Of a DNA stretch of 64,000 nt, positions 39,887 to 53,133 are shown piece by piece. The notes below the pieces were generated by a model. It saw nothing but the letters and a program-made list of their open reading frames with translations, did not search any database and was not told the origin of the DNA. The DNA is from Octopus vulgaris (Eukaryota). The first letter of the stretch is position 1. Every line of letters begins with the position of its first letter. The translations under genes and the position numbers were made by a program. The DNA lies in the NCBI GenBank assembly GCA_951406725.2, contig OX597819.1, forward strand, positions 37,076,001 to 37,140,000, in the 5' to 3' direction.

Positions 39887-40111
39887 ATGTCCATGTTAAC
39901 AAGGAAAGGTACGATGGTTCGGAAAAGCCGCGGCACTCATTCACGAAGCCAGTCGATGAAACGGACTCCATCACGAGGCGGGTCTACTAAGAGACCTACA
40001 CCGGGCCTAACACCTGCTATTGTTGTTATGGACAGCACAGAATCAGAAGACAAGGATTCCTCAACTAACGCTTCATCACCTCCCGCAAAGAATATTGTCG
40101 GAACAATTGTG
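39887..40111 (+). CDS. Probable first coding exon of an unidentified host gene (exon 39849-40111; 75 codons, phase-0 donor)
   Basis: Polypyrimidine acceptor TTTTACTTTGTTTTTGATAG|39849, in-frame-independent upstream stop, ATG 39887 in AAGATGT context, non-repetitive GC-elevated ORF MSMLTRKG...KNIVGTIV, donor GTG|GTAAAT; no TE motif. Confidence 0.6.
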
Positions 40112-40799
40112 GTAAATATTTTACGTCGGTTTATTATCTTGAAACACCTTTTCCTCATTATCCTTATCTGACTTCAATTATTATGAACTATAACACCCAA
40201 ACGTGTGGCAGTTATTGGCCTTTATCTTATATCAACTGTTGTAGTCTTCCTTTCAAATACCAGAGCGCCATTACAGGGTAGTGTGTCTATATCTCCATTC
40301 AATTTAACATAATGGGGTGTTTCTCTATTTTATTTGCCTTGTTCCACAATCAATAATTCATTTCAGTTGAAAATCTTCCAATAATGATAATGCCAAAAGG
40401 TTAACGGCCTTGGTTATCTAACAAATACTTGAATTTGATCAACTTATTATATATTATATTACACTACATGGAATCTACAGCTATATTAACATGGTTGATG
40501 CGGCTCGAAATATAAGCACAATAGAAAAAGGTAAATCATTCAAAAGTGAAAATAGATATTTCCTGAAAGAATTTTGTTTAAAGATAATACGTTGAACCTT
40601 TTACCAAGTTTAGCATAATCCATTTGCCTTGATGTATTAGCAAAATAGTGGATTATCAGAATCGGTAGAGTTTCTTAAGATGGGGCATGGCAATATTTTG
40701 ATGATCGTGAGTTACGCCAGAATGGGACATAACTAAATGACAAATAAAAATACAATAACGTTTCCTTTGAATGTGTGTGTATCTTCTTTTCAAATGGAA

Positions 40800-41495
40800 G
40801 ACGGACTACAGATATTATGTCAGAAGTGCTTCTTTCTGGTCAAAATCCACATTGAATAATGCCAAAATCCACATTGAATAATGCCGGCGTTATTCAGAAG
40901 AAAGATACTCCTGCTGTTGCTGCACTCTTCATGGTCTCCTGTGTAGATTGGGCGATATTGGAGTGTTTGCACGCGCTAGGTATAGCCTTCCCTAACAAAA
41001 TAGAAGAAATAAAGAGTGAAGATGGCAAGTAAGGTAAGGCCCACCATACATGTTGATCTCACTCAGGATTCCATCATTACTGGGAAACTTCTTGTTTTTG
41101 AGACCGTGGATGACCCTTTGAGCCTCATCAATTGTTATTGGGTTGACATGTTCTGTAGGATAGGGAAATCTGGTTTCTCTTCAAATGCCGTTGAGTCCGT
41201 GGTGTTGGACCGATTTAGAAGTTCTTGAAAAGGTTCGATCCACTTATGAAGTATTGCAGTTTTCCCTCTCAGTAAGGTGCCATTGGATGGTCTCACCAGA
41301 GTATTCACCCCTCTGCATGGGCCGACGATTCTCCGAATCGAGTCCTTGAATTCATAAGTCTTCTCGTCTGCATATTTGACACTCGCTGCCTGAAGCCACA
41401 TCAAATATACTCTCAACCACGGTGAACGGGATTCAGTAGGCTGACGATTCAGCTGCACCATCTCATATCCCCGCATCTCTTCAACACATGACGAA
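40800..41495 (-). mobile_element. Old RTE-clade LINE internal fragment
   Basis: GTLLRGKTAILHKWIEPFQELLNRS resembles the RTE EN-RT linker (RWxEHFxELLN). Confidence 0.7.
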
Positions 41496-43289
41496 CGCAA
41501 TGTATGTATGTATGTATGTTTACATATGTAAGTATGTGTGCGCGCATGCACTCGCGTATGCATATATGTATGTGTGTATAAAATAATATATCAATTGAAT
41601 AAAGTCAAAACATGCTCTGGCTTTCACGTTTTTATTAAGGTGTTTTAACATTAAAAAATCTACTGTAATGCTCATAAAGTTAAATTAGCACTCATATACA
41701 TAGAGTAATAATCAGATTTAAAAAGTTTTTTAATCGACAGTTGAGTTCTTGACAACTGTATGTCCTCTTAGAACGCTCCATCAAGCTGAATTTTTAGAAT
41801 ACAGTTTTGACCAATCCGTATGCAGTTTAAAAGTCACATAGTGGCGTGTGGGTAAAACACTGTGGTAATGTCTCTCAATATTTTATCCATCTTTCTCTGC
41901 TATAAAATCTATTAGCGATTATTTATAAAATATCTTGAAGCTTCTTTCACTTGTTATGTTACTTTACGACCTAACTTTATACAGTTTCTCCTGAATCAAA
42001 TTCGTCTTTCATCATCAGGCAAAAGTACTGGAATTGGTTTATTCAACAACACCTACCGCAATATGTGACCTTAAAATCGTTTGTTATTCTTGCTTTACAA
42101 TTGCATGGTTTTCTTATTTTCACGCTTCCATATTCTTGTACTATTACTTTTCCGTTAGGTCGTAAATGATATGTCAATTTGGTGGAGATAGTTTGTGGAA
42201 TTATTGTGAAAAATATTGCCAAACTTTCAATCTTCAATTACAGATTATTCTATCAATTATACTTAAAACTCACACCTTCTATTTATTGGAATTCATATCA
42301 CTGTGGAGTTAATAGAAGTGTTTTCATGGCTGCACATCCGTTTAATTTGTTTCCATCTCAAATATGTTTTCAGTGAATCGTTTTTTTTTTGTTTGTTTTT
42401 ATTTTACAAACTGCCAAGTGAAGAGAAGATTTACATTAGAAGAAAAAAATACAAAATGTCATTAACAATAAAATTATATGAATTCATTCACTAAGTGAAA
42501 CCTCAAGAATTTTGCTTCTTGAAGCGGAAATATATGTGGAGAAGAAAAATAATCCCCTTTTTTTATGTATATTAGAAAGGCAGGGCTGAAAAACGGTACG
42601 GTAAGGAACAAGGAGAACTATTAGAAAAAGAGAAAAATGGATAGGCAGAGATTGAATCTACCTTTCTCTACAATGAAATCTTTTCTTTGTGATTATCTAT
42701 AAATTGTTTTTTTGTGTTTCTTTCATATTGATGTTATAATATCTCCAGTCACGATATTCTTCGGTTGACAAACAACAATGACCATGAAGCGTGCCAAGAG
42801 ATTTCTTCCAAACAGCCAATATTGATTAACCGTGTTACGCATAATGAACTGTAAACTACTGTATTTCCTTCGCATTTCTCATTTTTTTCTTCTAATTTCA
42901 TTCCCTCCTCTCAAGAAAAGGAAAGCAATATTTCTTTTCTTCTAGTTGCCAGAAAATTTGTAATTGAGTATATTTACAGTGTTTTTCACCAGCGCTTCTT
43001 GTTATGGCATTTTGCAAAACGAATTGTATGTTCCTTGATGAAGCCAGAGGGTTACTCGTGAATAAGTTTAACTGAAAAAAATGTTTAGTTCTATTTTATT
43101 TATCTCAGCTCCCTGTGAGCAAAAATTAGCTTACATAAAAATTACACGGCTCCAAACTGCAACCGAAACCATATCTCGAACTCCTATGCAAACCTGTAAT
43201 CTATTTCTCTAAAGTCACTCCATAAATACAATGTCATTCATAACACCTAAATTAATGAGTTAATATACACAGACATGCAGCAAGTAAAT

Positions 43290-43788
43290 AGACACCTTTA
43301 ATTTTCAAAATCTTTTATTTGATATTAATTGGTTGAAGGAGATGTTTTCTTCTAGCTGCTCGTCCATAATACCCAAGCTTATGCAGATATGTAACACACG
43401 TTCTTGGACTAACTTCTAGCTGTTTTGCAATGTCAGAAGCCTTCGAACGGGATTCGTTTTCCACAATTCTCTTCAAACAGCGAAGTTCCCTTTCCGAGGG
43501 CCCAGGTTGGCCGGGACGAGAATCTTTTCATTCTTTTCCTTGGCTTTTAATTCTATTAACAGTTGTAAGAGCAATAGAATTAACTATAATTCTATTAACA
43601 GTAGTAAGAGGAATTTGAAGATTTTCGGCAATTTTTCGCAGATTGCCCAACAATACGACCACTTTGAAAATCTGACAGTTCTGCTGAATATTTTGTGCGC
43701 GGCATGGTTACTCTTCGCAAATGTTTAATATAATGGCACCTGGAATGAAAAAGAATAATTACATTGTAAATTCTACACCGCTGAAAAC

Positions 43789-43790
<2 letters not shown>
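43290..43790 (-). mobile_element. Tc1-like transposase 5' fragment
   Basis: MPRTKYSAELSDFQSGRIVG start; SRPGQP...SERELRCLKRIV; LHKLGYYGRAARRKHLL. Confidence 0.75.
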
Positions 43791-43882
<92 letters not shown>

Positions 43883-45394
43883 TGTATGTATACATATGTA
43901 AGTATGTGTGCGCGTATGCATATATGTATGTGTGTATAAAATAATATACCAATTGAATTAAGAGTATACATACCATGAAGTTCTATGACCATGCTTGATA
44001 AAAGTGACTTTGTCGCAAGTGGTCTCACAATCAAAATATGAAAAGAATTCAAAATACCAATTATCAGATGAAACAGTAAATGGTTCAAGAAAATATGTGT
44101 CACTTGGTTTACAAGTTAGTCATTTGCAATGATGGTCACACTAAATCAAGCACAGCATGGGCATATCTGAAGACAAATTCCACAAATATGATACGTGTAT
44201 GATGTCAAGGACCACAGAAATGTGTTGTTTATTAACATCTAATTGTAAAAAGAACAATTCTGTCATCATCATGACATTTAAAACTGGTTAGATTAAAATA
44301 GTGAAAGTTGTTCAAGTTGGATGCTTTTTATTTACTGAAAATACTCATATCATGACTTATGTTTTCACTTTTGTGGTTACATTTACTTTAAATGATATTG
44401 AAAAACTGTTTTTGAAGTGATGCCAAAGCCCCATACATAGGTCTGCATTTGATGAAGCCAAATCTATCCTTAGAAATGTTGAAAAATGGACATTTGAGTT
44501 TGTGAAAAATTTCGACGTGATAGAGCAAAATGGATTTCATTTTTGAAATCAGCACCTCCAAATTACCAGGAAACATGTCTCCAACACTAGACGACAAAAC
44601 CATGTTTCCCAGTGTAATATAGGGAAATGAGCGTTGTTTTGTTGTCTTGTAATATATTTTGGCGATATTTCGATTCAAACAGGAATGGTATAATCAACGT
44701 CGAAGTGTCGGCATGTTGTCCAGTAGACACAGCTGCCAACTTGATCGTGTTTCTGAATATACTTGGACTTGGCAATGACTGTGCAGCCAGAAATGATGTA
44801 GTCAATTAATGTCTCATTGTACTAATTAAACAGTCTACAATTGATGTTAACATCCTTTTACATTAGTTTTGCTTTAGTAATTATTCATGGCTAGACTGTT
44901 ATCTTTCATGTGCAACTAAAATCAGAGATTTTGTTTCTCCCTTTAACTCAGCTTCTGAAACACTCATTTTTTCGGGGTGGGGGGGGAGTTGTTTGGTTTT
45001 TTGCTCGAATGTTATGGGATTTTGGGCATAAAGCGTCTTTTTTCCCAATTCAGAATAATTTGAAATTTCATTTTGATTTTTTTCATTCGATTAAAAATTT
45101 TTTTTCCATTATTCAGACCTAATTCTTGTACGGTTAGATGAGTGGTCTTCGTTTTCAACTGCATTGATATTATTCTACATGGTCGTTGGCAAAGATACAG
45201 CATGAACATAAGACTTACCAAAGCGAATGGGAAACACGTTCTTGGTGATGGGTTGTGAAACACATCGCCGTTACGGCCGCTTGGTGGAGGAGTTAGTCTC
45301 TAGTCTCTAATTTTTTGTTTCTTTATAAAGAAGGGTTATTGAGTTTTTCCTCCAAGTTTCTGTTTGGTAGATTCTAAGAATGTTTTTTACTCAG

Positions 45395-45965
45395 TATTAT
45401 TATTATTATTATTTTTATCATCATCATCATCATCATCATCATCATTATTATCATTATTGAGTGAGAGGGTAGTGCATGCCATCAAAGTGACACTGGGGTA
45501 AAATATACGAAGACCAGTATACCCATCATGACTACTCGTCTGATAAGGGTACATCACGAACAAACATCACAACCATGCGCGACATAGTGATTTTATATCA
45601 AGATAAACAGCGCATCGCCTTGGAGGTGTGGACACACCTAGAATTTTCCCCGCTCAAAAATTCCTTGAATAAGGGTTGTTTAAGGATGTTGAACGAAACA
45701 CCTATGTTTCAAACCCCAAAGAATTCCTTTCAACACTTGACTATGTGTTTGTAAGTCCTGGTGTTTTTGTTACGTATTTCTCTGAATATTTTTTTATCAT
45801 ACCTAATGCGCCTACTATGATAGGGATTGCTTCTGTTTTTAGATTCCACATTCGAGTTACCTCAATTTCCAGGTCTTTGTATTTTGAAAGTTTTTCCATT
45901 TCTTTTAGAGACACGTTGTCATCTGCTGGTATTGATACATCAATTAGAACGTTCATCTTTGTATG
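45395..45965 (-). mobile_element. R4/Dong-clade non-LTR 3' end (restriction-like endonuclease) at a (TAA/TGA)n tract
   Basis: LIDVSIPADDNVSLKEMEKLSKYKDLEIEVTRMW...IPIIVGALG; 3'UTR runs into the trinucleotide repeat at 45395-45460. Confidence 0.85.
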
Positions 45966-46045
45966 AAAACCGCTTTGAAAATATTTTCTATCCCGCTATC
46001 TTTCCTCATCATCCCACTCTGGACCCATTTTGGCCAATTCTTTTT

Positions 46046-46684
46046 GTACTTTAAAACCATGGAAAAAGCCTTTTCGGTAATGGTTTTTTTTTAATTGTTA
46101 ATATGATCAGAGGAAAAAGTAAGTGATTGAAGGAAGATAGATTTAGCTGCTGTTTCTAGCACATCCCAAGACAATCCTCCTTGTTTCTTTATCACTTTCG
46201 CATGTATTGATGTTTTTCAGTATTTTCCCCTATATATAAATTTATATGCTACAAAACATAAAATTTGAAAAATTATGATTTTTTTTTTGCAACCCCATTC
46301 CCTGCCACTGATTATTTCTTTTTATAATTTAAAATATTGGAGAGCCTGAGAAGATTATTGCTGGCATTTATCCACAGTGATTTAAAAAAGGAGTTACGTA
46401 AACTTACACATGGAATCACTTGATTGAGGTGGGGGTAAAAATTTAGATTACAAATTACTTCTGTTGCTTATGTTTCACAAATGGACCACGCGTGCTTCGG
46501 AATCATCATTCCATAAAATGTGTTTAATGGAAGAAAAATATTGAAAATACATCAATACATGTAAGAGTGAAAACAAGGGAGGGGTTGTGCTAGAAACAAC
46601 AGCCAATCCTCCATTGAATTGTTCACCTTTTCCTCTAATATTTTTTTTTTTGCCGAAAAGGCTCCTCCTATGGTTTTGAAGTAT
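46046..46684. repeat. Old imperfect inverted repeat (46046-46230 / 46530-46684), MITE-like
   Basis: e.g. CATGTATTGATGT / ACATCAATACATG, TGTTTCTAGCACA / TGTGCTAGAAACA, GCCTTTTCGG / CCGAAAAGGC. Confidence 0.7.
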
Positions 46685-47189
46685 TAAAGATGACCAAAAT
46701 CAGTGTTCCAAACAGCCATAACAACCAAAATCACTTCTTAATTTTATTCTACAAACATTATACAGGTATACAAACAAAATTTCATTCAATAAATAATGTT
46801 TTTACATTACGTATACAGAATAAATTGTGGATTTTGCAAATAGCGAATTAAAACTTGAAATGAAAATATTGAAATAGAGAGTGAGAGGCTGCAAATAAAG
46901 ACGGAATACTCTACAGTGGATGCAACGAATATTTAAATTTGTGAAAAATTGGAGTTAAAAAATTCAATAAACTTCAGAAATCGAAATTATAGAAAATTCC
47001 TTGGAACATGAATTCATAAAGGAATTTCCTGACGGTCAAGTCTTTTATAATTGCTTTCCTTTAGTAACTCTTACATACCTAATTAATAAGCAGCTTTCTC
47101 TGTTATAATATAGATTATAGTATTAAACACACAGTTGCTTTCGATAGTGTTCCCATTATTTCAACTTTGTAAGACGGTGATCTGACACA

Positions 47190-47390
47190 ATCATTAGCAC
47201 GCCGGACAAAATGCTCGGCGGCATTTCGTTCGTCTTCACATTCAGAGTTCAAATTCCGCTGAAGCCGACTTTGCTTTTCAAACTTTCAGGGTCGATAAGA
47301 TATGCACCAGTGAAGTTCTGGGGTCGTTGAAATCGTGTAGCCCGCTCCCCAAAAATTTCAGGCTTTGTTCGTATAGTAGAAAGGATTATT
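47190..47390 (+). mobile_element. SINE family A
   Basis: TTAGCACGCCGGACAAAATGC...GAGTTCAAATTCCGCTGAAGCCGACTTTGC...GGGTCGATAA. Confidence 0.8.
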
Positions 47391-48513
47391 TCAAGATTGT
47401 CTCTATTTTCTTTTGTAAATTTAAACTTCATTGCATTTAATCTTTTGGCAAATATGCACCAACTTCTTATTGTTTTTATAGTATTCAGTCTGCCACAGAT
47501 ATTTTAAGCTTCTTACTCCATATATTTCTTGAGATATAATTGTTAGTAAGAGAATCAACAATGCCAGTCTGAAGACATATTCTTTGAGTGTTTAAGTAGG
47601 TTTGGTACGCTTCAACAAATCAATCAGTATATAGATAAAATATTAAGATTCTCAATGTGTGTTAATCCAACAAATCATTCTCATATGCTATTAGTAGTTC
47701 TTTATAGGTCGAACTGTTTTCCCAATCGATATTATATTTTGTTCTATCATCCAACGGATGTCTCGGACAATTAGGGCAAATAGACAATAAGCTTATAAAT
47801 ACGATCAATATTTCAGATTAAGATGTGTTCTAAATTTTTAATAATTTGCTTTGTGAAAATTGTAAGGTAGAAGGTAAATTTCCGGAGAGCTGCTACCATA
47901 ATTCTCGATTAATATAGACATCACTGCACTTTGTTTACGTTTCTAGACTATCTAGAATATACATCAATGACGTGTTTCCATACAGTTTTCGTCTACCAAC
48001 GCATTGATTGTTTCGGGGTTAGATTAAAATGCATTTGCCCAAGGTGCCAAGCAATAGGACTGAACTCGAAGCGAACTTGAGACAATAGTGTTTATTCTCA
48101 TAATTCCTTTTTCTGTGCTACGGTGTTGAGCCAGTTGTAAACCATCCTAATCATATTAAACATAGTATGCAACCTTCTCCACTTCTTATAACTGCAGTCC
48201 TATGAGAAACATTGATCTGGTCACAAGAGGTTCTCAACGAGGGCATGTCGAAGGGAACGTCCGGATTTAGGGAGGTGAAGTAACGTAATTATCATATTAA
48301 ATTTTACCTATACTAGTAATTACTATATACATGATAAAACTTGTAATGTTTATTACAATAAAATGACAGATGAGTATATATCCTGGCTACAGACACGTTT
48401 GAACTAGAATAATTAATTATTAATGCTATATTTCTGCCTTTTAGGAGTGCAGTCTTGCTTGCTTCCTTCGTATATTGTGATCTTTATATTTTGTTCAGTG
48501 ATATAATTATATA

Positions 48514-50990
48514 CTGGGTTATCCCAAAAATAATGAGTTTTTTTTTCAATTCCATGAACTAAAAGTCGGAGGGGCACGAAATAAACTACGTACATCAACT
48601 TGCTACAAAAGCAGATAGTAATTTTACTTTGCATTTATTCTTAGTCCAAGTCACAATCCGATCTTTGACGAACCAACGAGGAAAGTTGATAGACGAGCCC
48701 GAGGAGATGTGTTGGACTTTTCAGGAGCACTTCGCCCAGCATTTCGGGGGTAGGGCGGACCGGATAGTAGGAGGGACCTAACGGACTTTCTTGCGAGGCT
48801 GCCGCGCCTCTCGGGGCGGGACGCGGAGTACTGTGAAGGGCAGATCTCGCCGGAGAAGGTAATTGAGGCTATGGCAGACTGCGGTGCGGGCAAGGCACCG
48901 GGGCTGGATGGTCTACCCTATGAGTTGTATAAGAGTATGCCAGACTTCTTCGGGCGCCTGCTGGCGAATGTCTATGCGAACTGGCAGATTTGTGCGCCGG
49001 GGAGTGGTGACGCTTGTCAGAAAGGACCCTGACAAAGGAGATTCCATTGATAATTTTCGGTACATCACTCTGCTAAACGCAGAGCTGAAGATTTTGGCTA
49101 AAGTATTATCGAAAAGATTGGCGCGTACCACAGATTGTCTAATCGAGGAAGCACAGACATGTACCGTTCCCGGCAGAACCATTCAGGATAATCTCTATCT
49201 TCTACGGTACACTTTAGAGGGGTTTAATAGTGATTCTGGCAAGGGCGGAGTAGTGGTCCATGTAGACTAGTCAAAGGCTTTTGATAGGGTATTCCATTAG
49301 TACCTGGTGTCCGTTCTGGTGGCGCAGTTCGGCCTGGGCCTTGGCTTCCTCAGGTGGATCATTCAGATTTATGACAACATCGACTCAGTAGTTCGAGTGA
49401 ACGGCTTTTTATCTTAGCCGTTCAGCATCAGACGCTCGGTTCGTCAAGGGTGTCCGCTCTCCCCGCTTTTGTACGTAATGGCTCTTGAGCTATTGCTGCA
49501 AAAATTGAACGGCGTCCCGAGACAGCCAGGTTGTGGAAAGTCGGTTTCAGCTTACGCGGATGACATCACCATCATCGTAACCGAAATGGATCACCTACAG
49601 AGAGTAGGCAAGACCATTAAGGTTTACGAGACGGTGGATGGAGCGAAGGTTAATCGTGAAAAGTCAGTCGGCTTGCAGCTCGGCACCTGGGGAGGCAAGT
49701 CGATGCTTCCTGACAGCGTCGTAGGACGGTGGACAGAGGGTCCGATTAAGTTGCTAGGAGTTTGGTTCGGACCAGACATCCAAATAGAGAAGAACTGGGC
49801 GGGGGTATCGAGCAGAGCAACTCACATAGTCAAGACCTGGTCTTGGCGGTGGCTATCCCTCAAAGGGAGGACGGAGGTGGCCAATGTGTTCATCGCATCG
49901 GTCACCACCTACCGCTTAACAGTCGTTCCTTACCCTGATTCGTGGTTGATCAAGCTGGAAAGACAGCTCTTCCACTTCTTGTGGAAGAGTTCGAAACCGC
50001 TTGTGAGACGCTCTATCTGCTGCCAACAACCGATAAAGGGTGAATTAGGGATGCCTTGGCTGTTGATGCGCAGAGTTGGTGCTCGTATGGTCGGAATTAA
50101 CCCCCACCCACTCCATCCGTAATGTCTACCGATCTGTCCAATCATTCGATTTTTTTATATTTTCAAATTTTGTAAATTTTTAATTTCATATTTACGTTAT
50201 AACCATTCGATCATCTAACACCAAAATCAGATTGTGATGTCCCCTGCATGTTGTCCCCTTCTAGGAAATAAAAAGTCACTTTACTTTTAGTGCAAGTTTT
50301 GAAAAGTGCAGTTCGATTTAAAGTTTTTTTTTTTTTCAAAGCTATAACGAAAATGACAAAGGAGCATATTCGGTATATTTTGCTTTATACGTTCAAAAAA
50401 GGCAACATGCAACGGAAAGTGCGAGGAATATTAATGCAGTATATGGTGATCAGACAATAAGCTTAAGCCAGTGTCAACAGTGGTTCCAGAAATTCCGAGC
50501 CGGAAACTGCATCCTAGAAGACGAATTTCGTCCTGGGAAATCTGTAGCGCTCGACGAGAATGTTCTGCAAACCCTGGTGGAACAAAATCCCATCGTAACT
50601 TTTGAGGAACTAGAAGAGAAACTTGGATTTGGTCATTCAGCCAGTCATTCAAGTCAGCGCTAGAAGAAAAACGACTACCTTTAGTTTCAAGAGGAAAGGG
50701 TATTCTTCCATCAGGATAACGCTCAGCCACAGACAGCGAGGATGACATTCCAAAGGCTGGAGTAGATTGAATGGGAAATTATGCCAGAAATTGCCCCATC
50801 TGATTATCATTTATCATCATTCCGCAGCCTTCAAAATCATTTGGACAGTAAAAATATGAATTCTGTAGACGTGGTAAGAAGAGTAGTGGAGGAGTAGTTT
50901 TCGTCACGAACAAGTGAATTTTGGAAGATATATTTTGAAAAATATAAGAAGTATTTTAAAAAAAGCCGCATTATTTATGGGATGATCCAA
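48514..50990 (+). mobile_element. Mariner transposon (internally deleted) interrupted by a Tx1-like LINE
   Basis: TA-flanked TIRs CTGGGTTATCCCAAAAATAATG / CATTATTTATGGGATGATCCAA; MTKEHIRYILLY, FHQDNAQPH, IAPSDYHL motifs at 50353-50900. Confidence 0.88.
48652..50279 (+). mobile_element. 5'-truncated Tx1/L1-clade LINE (RT pseudogene)
   Basis: KAPGLDGLPYE, NFRYITLLNAELKILAK, D*SKAFDRV, SVRQGCPLSPLLY, AYADD, LSLKGR; AATAAA near 3' end; decayed 18-bp TSD (48634-48651 / 50280-50297). Confidence 0.92.
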
Positions 50991-51759
50991 TACAATTATT
51001 GTGTACGTTATCCTTTTAAAAATTTAGAAAGAATGGAAAAATAAAGTGCTGTCAACACTCGAGAGAATGTGGGAGGAAGAAACTGTATATAAAAACAATG
51101 GCAGAACAAGTCATTTGTTGATTTGTGTAAAAGAAGTTTAACTTCATGTCAGTGAGGTGAAATATTTGCAACCGAGATTTAAAACTGTGTCATAAGCTCA
51201 GCTCACATACGATTTTACATCTTTCTAAAGCTCGTCTTAAAATATCTAAATACACTTCAAGTAATCGACAAACATCTCTAGTATTTCTCTATATACAATG
51301 TCTTCTTACGTCAGAGACCGGATATAGCTGTTTCTGTTCTAATCGGATTTACAGAGTTATTATACATGCTGCTGCAAAATAAATTTCTTTATGTTCCACT
51401 GCACGATTCTTAGTATAAAATGAATGTGTTACTTCAGTGTTTTTCAATACCTGACTACATTATCTTACCTCTCACTTATGTGATGGTTATTTTCTTCAGT
51501 GGTAAGCATCATCACAACGGATTTTGAGTCACATATGTTCGTCCACAATCAAATATGATAGTTCTATAATTTCTTTTGTATAAAATATTTCCTCTCTGTC
51601 TATTTAAGAGATATTTTACCGTTGTGAGATTTCTACATGTAACATTGCTCATGAATAAAATTTTTATTTCATATATTCCACAAATTCTTTAGATCAGATA
51701 TTATTGTGCATCCCAACATTGTGAATATATAGAACTTTTAAATAATCTAGTAGATTCAT

Positions 51760-52030
51760 GTAAAGGCATGTAGCCTAGTGGTTAAGAATGTTTGGCTTCA
51801 GTTAGGCCGTGTGATCGATTCTCAGACCATGCAACGAGTTGTGCCCTTGAACAGGGCACTTCATTTCACGTTGCTGCAGCACATTCAGGAAAAAATGAGG
51901 ACCAGTGACTCCTCAGAGTTAACATTGCGACGAAATGGCATAACGCTCAAGAGAGAACCTTGTGCTTTCAGTCTAAGAACCTCCAAAATCCGGATAAGCT
52001 CCTACCTCATGAAACAGGAGATCTGAGACA
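51760..52030 (+). mobile_element. Old tRNA SINE related to family D
   Basis: GGCATGTAGCCTAGTGGTTAAG head; TGTGCCCTTGAACAGGGCACTTCATTTCACGTTGCT block. Confidence 0.65.
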
Positions 52031-52952
52031 GACATTCTAGTGGATTCTTCTTCCTACAAACTTGGTTCTGAAGGCTATTCAATTGTTCTCCTATTTTCTG
52101 TATTTATCTGCACTGGAGTTTGATTTTACGCCCTTCAGAAAATAGGGTCGTAACGTAGGGTTTAGATGCTGATATGTAATTCTACAATTAACTTAATCTT
52201 CTTTATTTATAATTAGGGCGCATACATATACAAAAAATTATTATTCCTCATTTAGACATAAGACCAGTAAGTTTGAGGTGAGGGCTTAGTTGATACCATG
52301 GATCCTCGTACTTGACTGTATCCATATTTTATCGACCACGAAAGGATGGAAGACATTATGGGCATGATTTCGATTCAGAACATAAAGAGCAGTATGTAAA
52401 TGCCACGAAACATTTTGTCTGGTGCTTCAACGACACTGCCAACCCAACACTCTTGTAAATATATATATATATATATACATACATATAATCGTAAACCCGC
52501 TTACACGTACATACACACGCGCTCTCCCTCATACACACATACCTCAGCTGTCTTTGTCTTTTGTTTTCTGTGCATTTGAACGATACATTTATAATTTTTA
52601 TATATATATATATATATATATACATACATATATATGGAGATAGCTACAGTTTTTTTATATTATTTATTACCATTAGACATATTTCATTTGCTAATGTTAG
52701 TTCTAAAATTGTACATGTAGGAGAAACATATTAGATATCTCTTATCAGAAGTGCTTCAAATAGTGAATCAAATAATAACAATCTCCTGTTTTGATATGTA
52801 ATTACTCTGCAAAAAAATATTTTCCAGAATTTTCAATACTTATGCATACCTCACACAAATATAACATCAGCATATGACTTTTGAGTACTGGAATAATCAG
52901 GTGTGCTTCAAGAGGACACACCTTGGATTTTAACCCTATCTACATAATTTTA

Positions 52953-52985
<33 letters not shown>

Positions 52986-53078
52986 ATACATAATACAAAC
53001 ATAAGTACGTACGTGTGTTGTGTGGGTGTTTATGCGATTGTGTCTGTGTTTGTCCACCCATCACCGCTTAACCACCGG

Positions 53079-53130
<52 letters not shown>

Positions 53131-53133
<3 letters not shown>

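Noticed and set aside
44388-44809. Short ORFs near a transposon-like subterminal motif
   Set aside because: No recognisable domain or splice signals; probably decayed DNA transposon, family not assignable by eye
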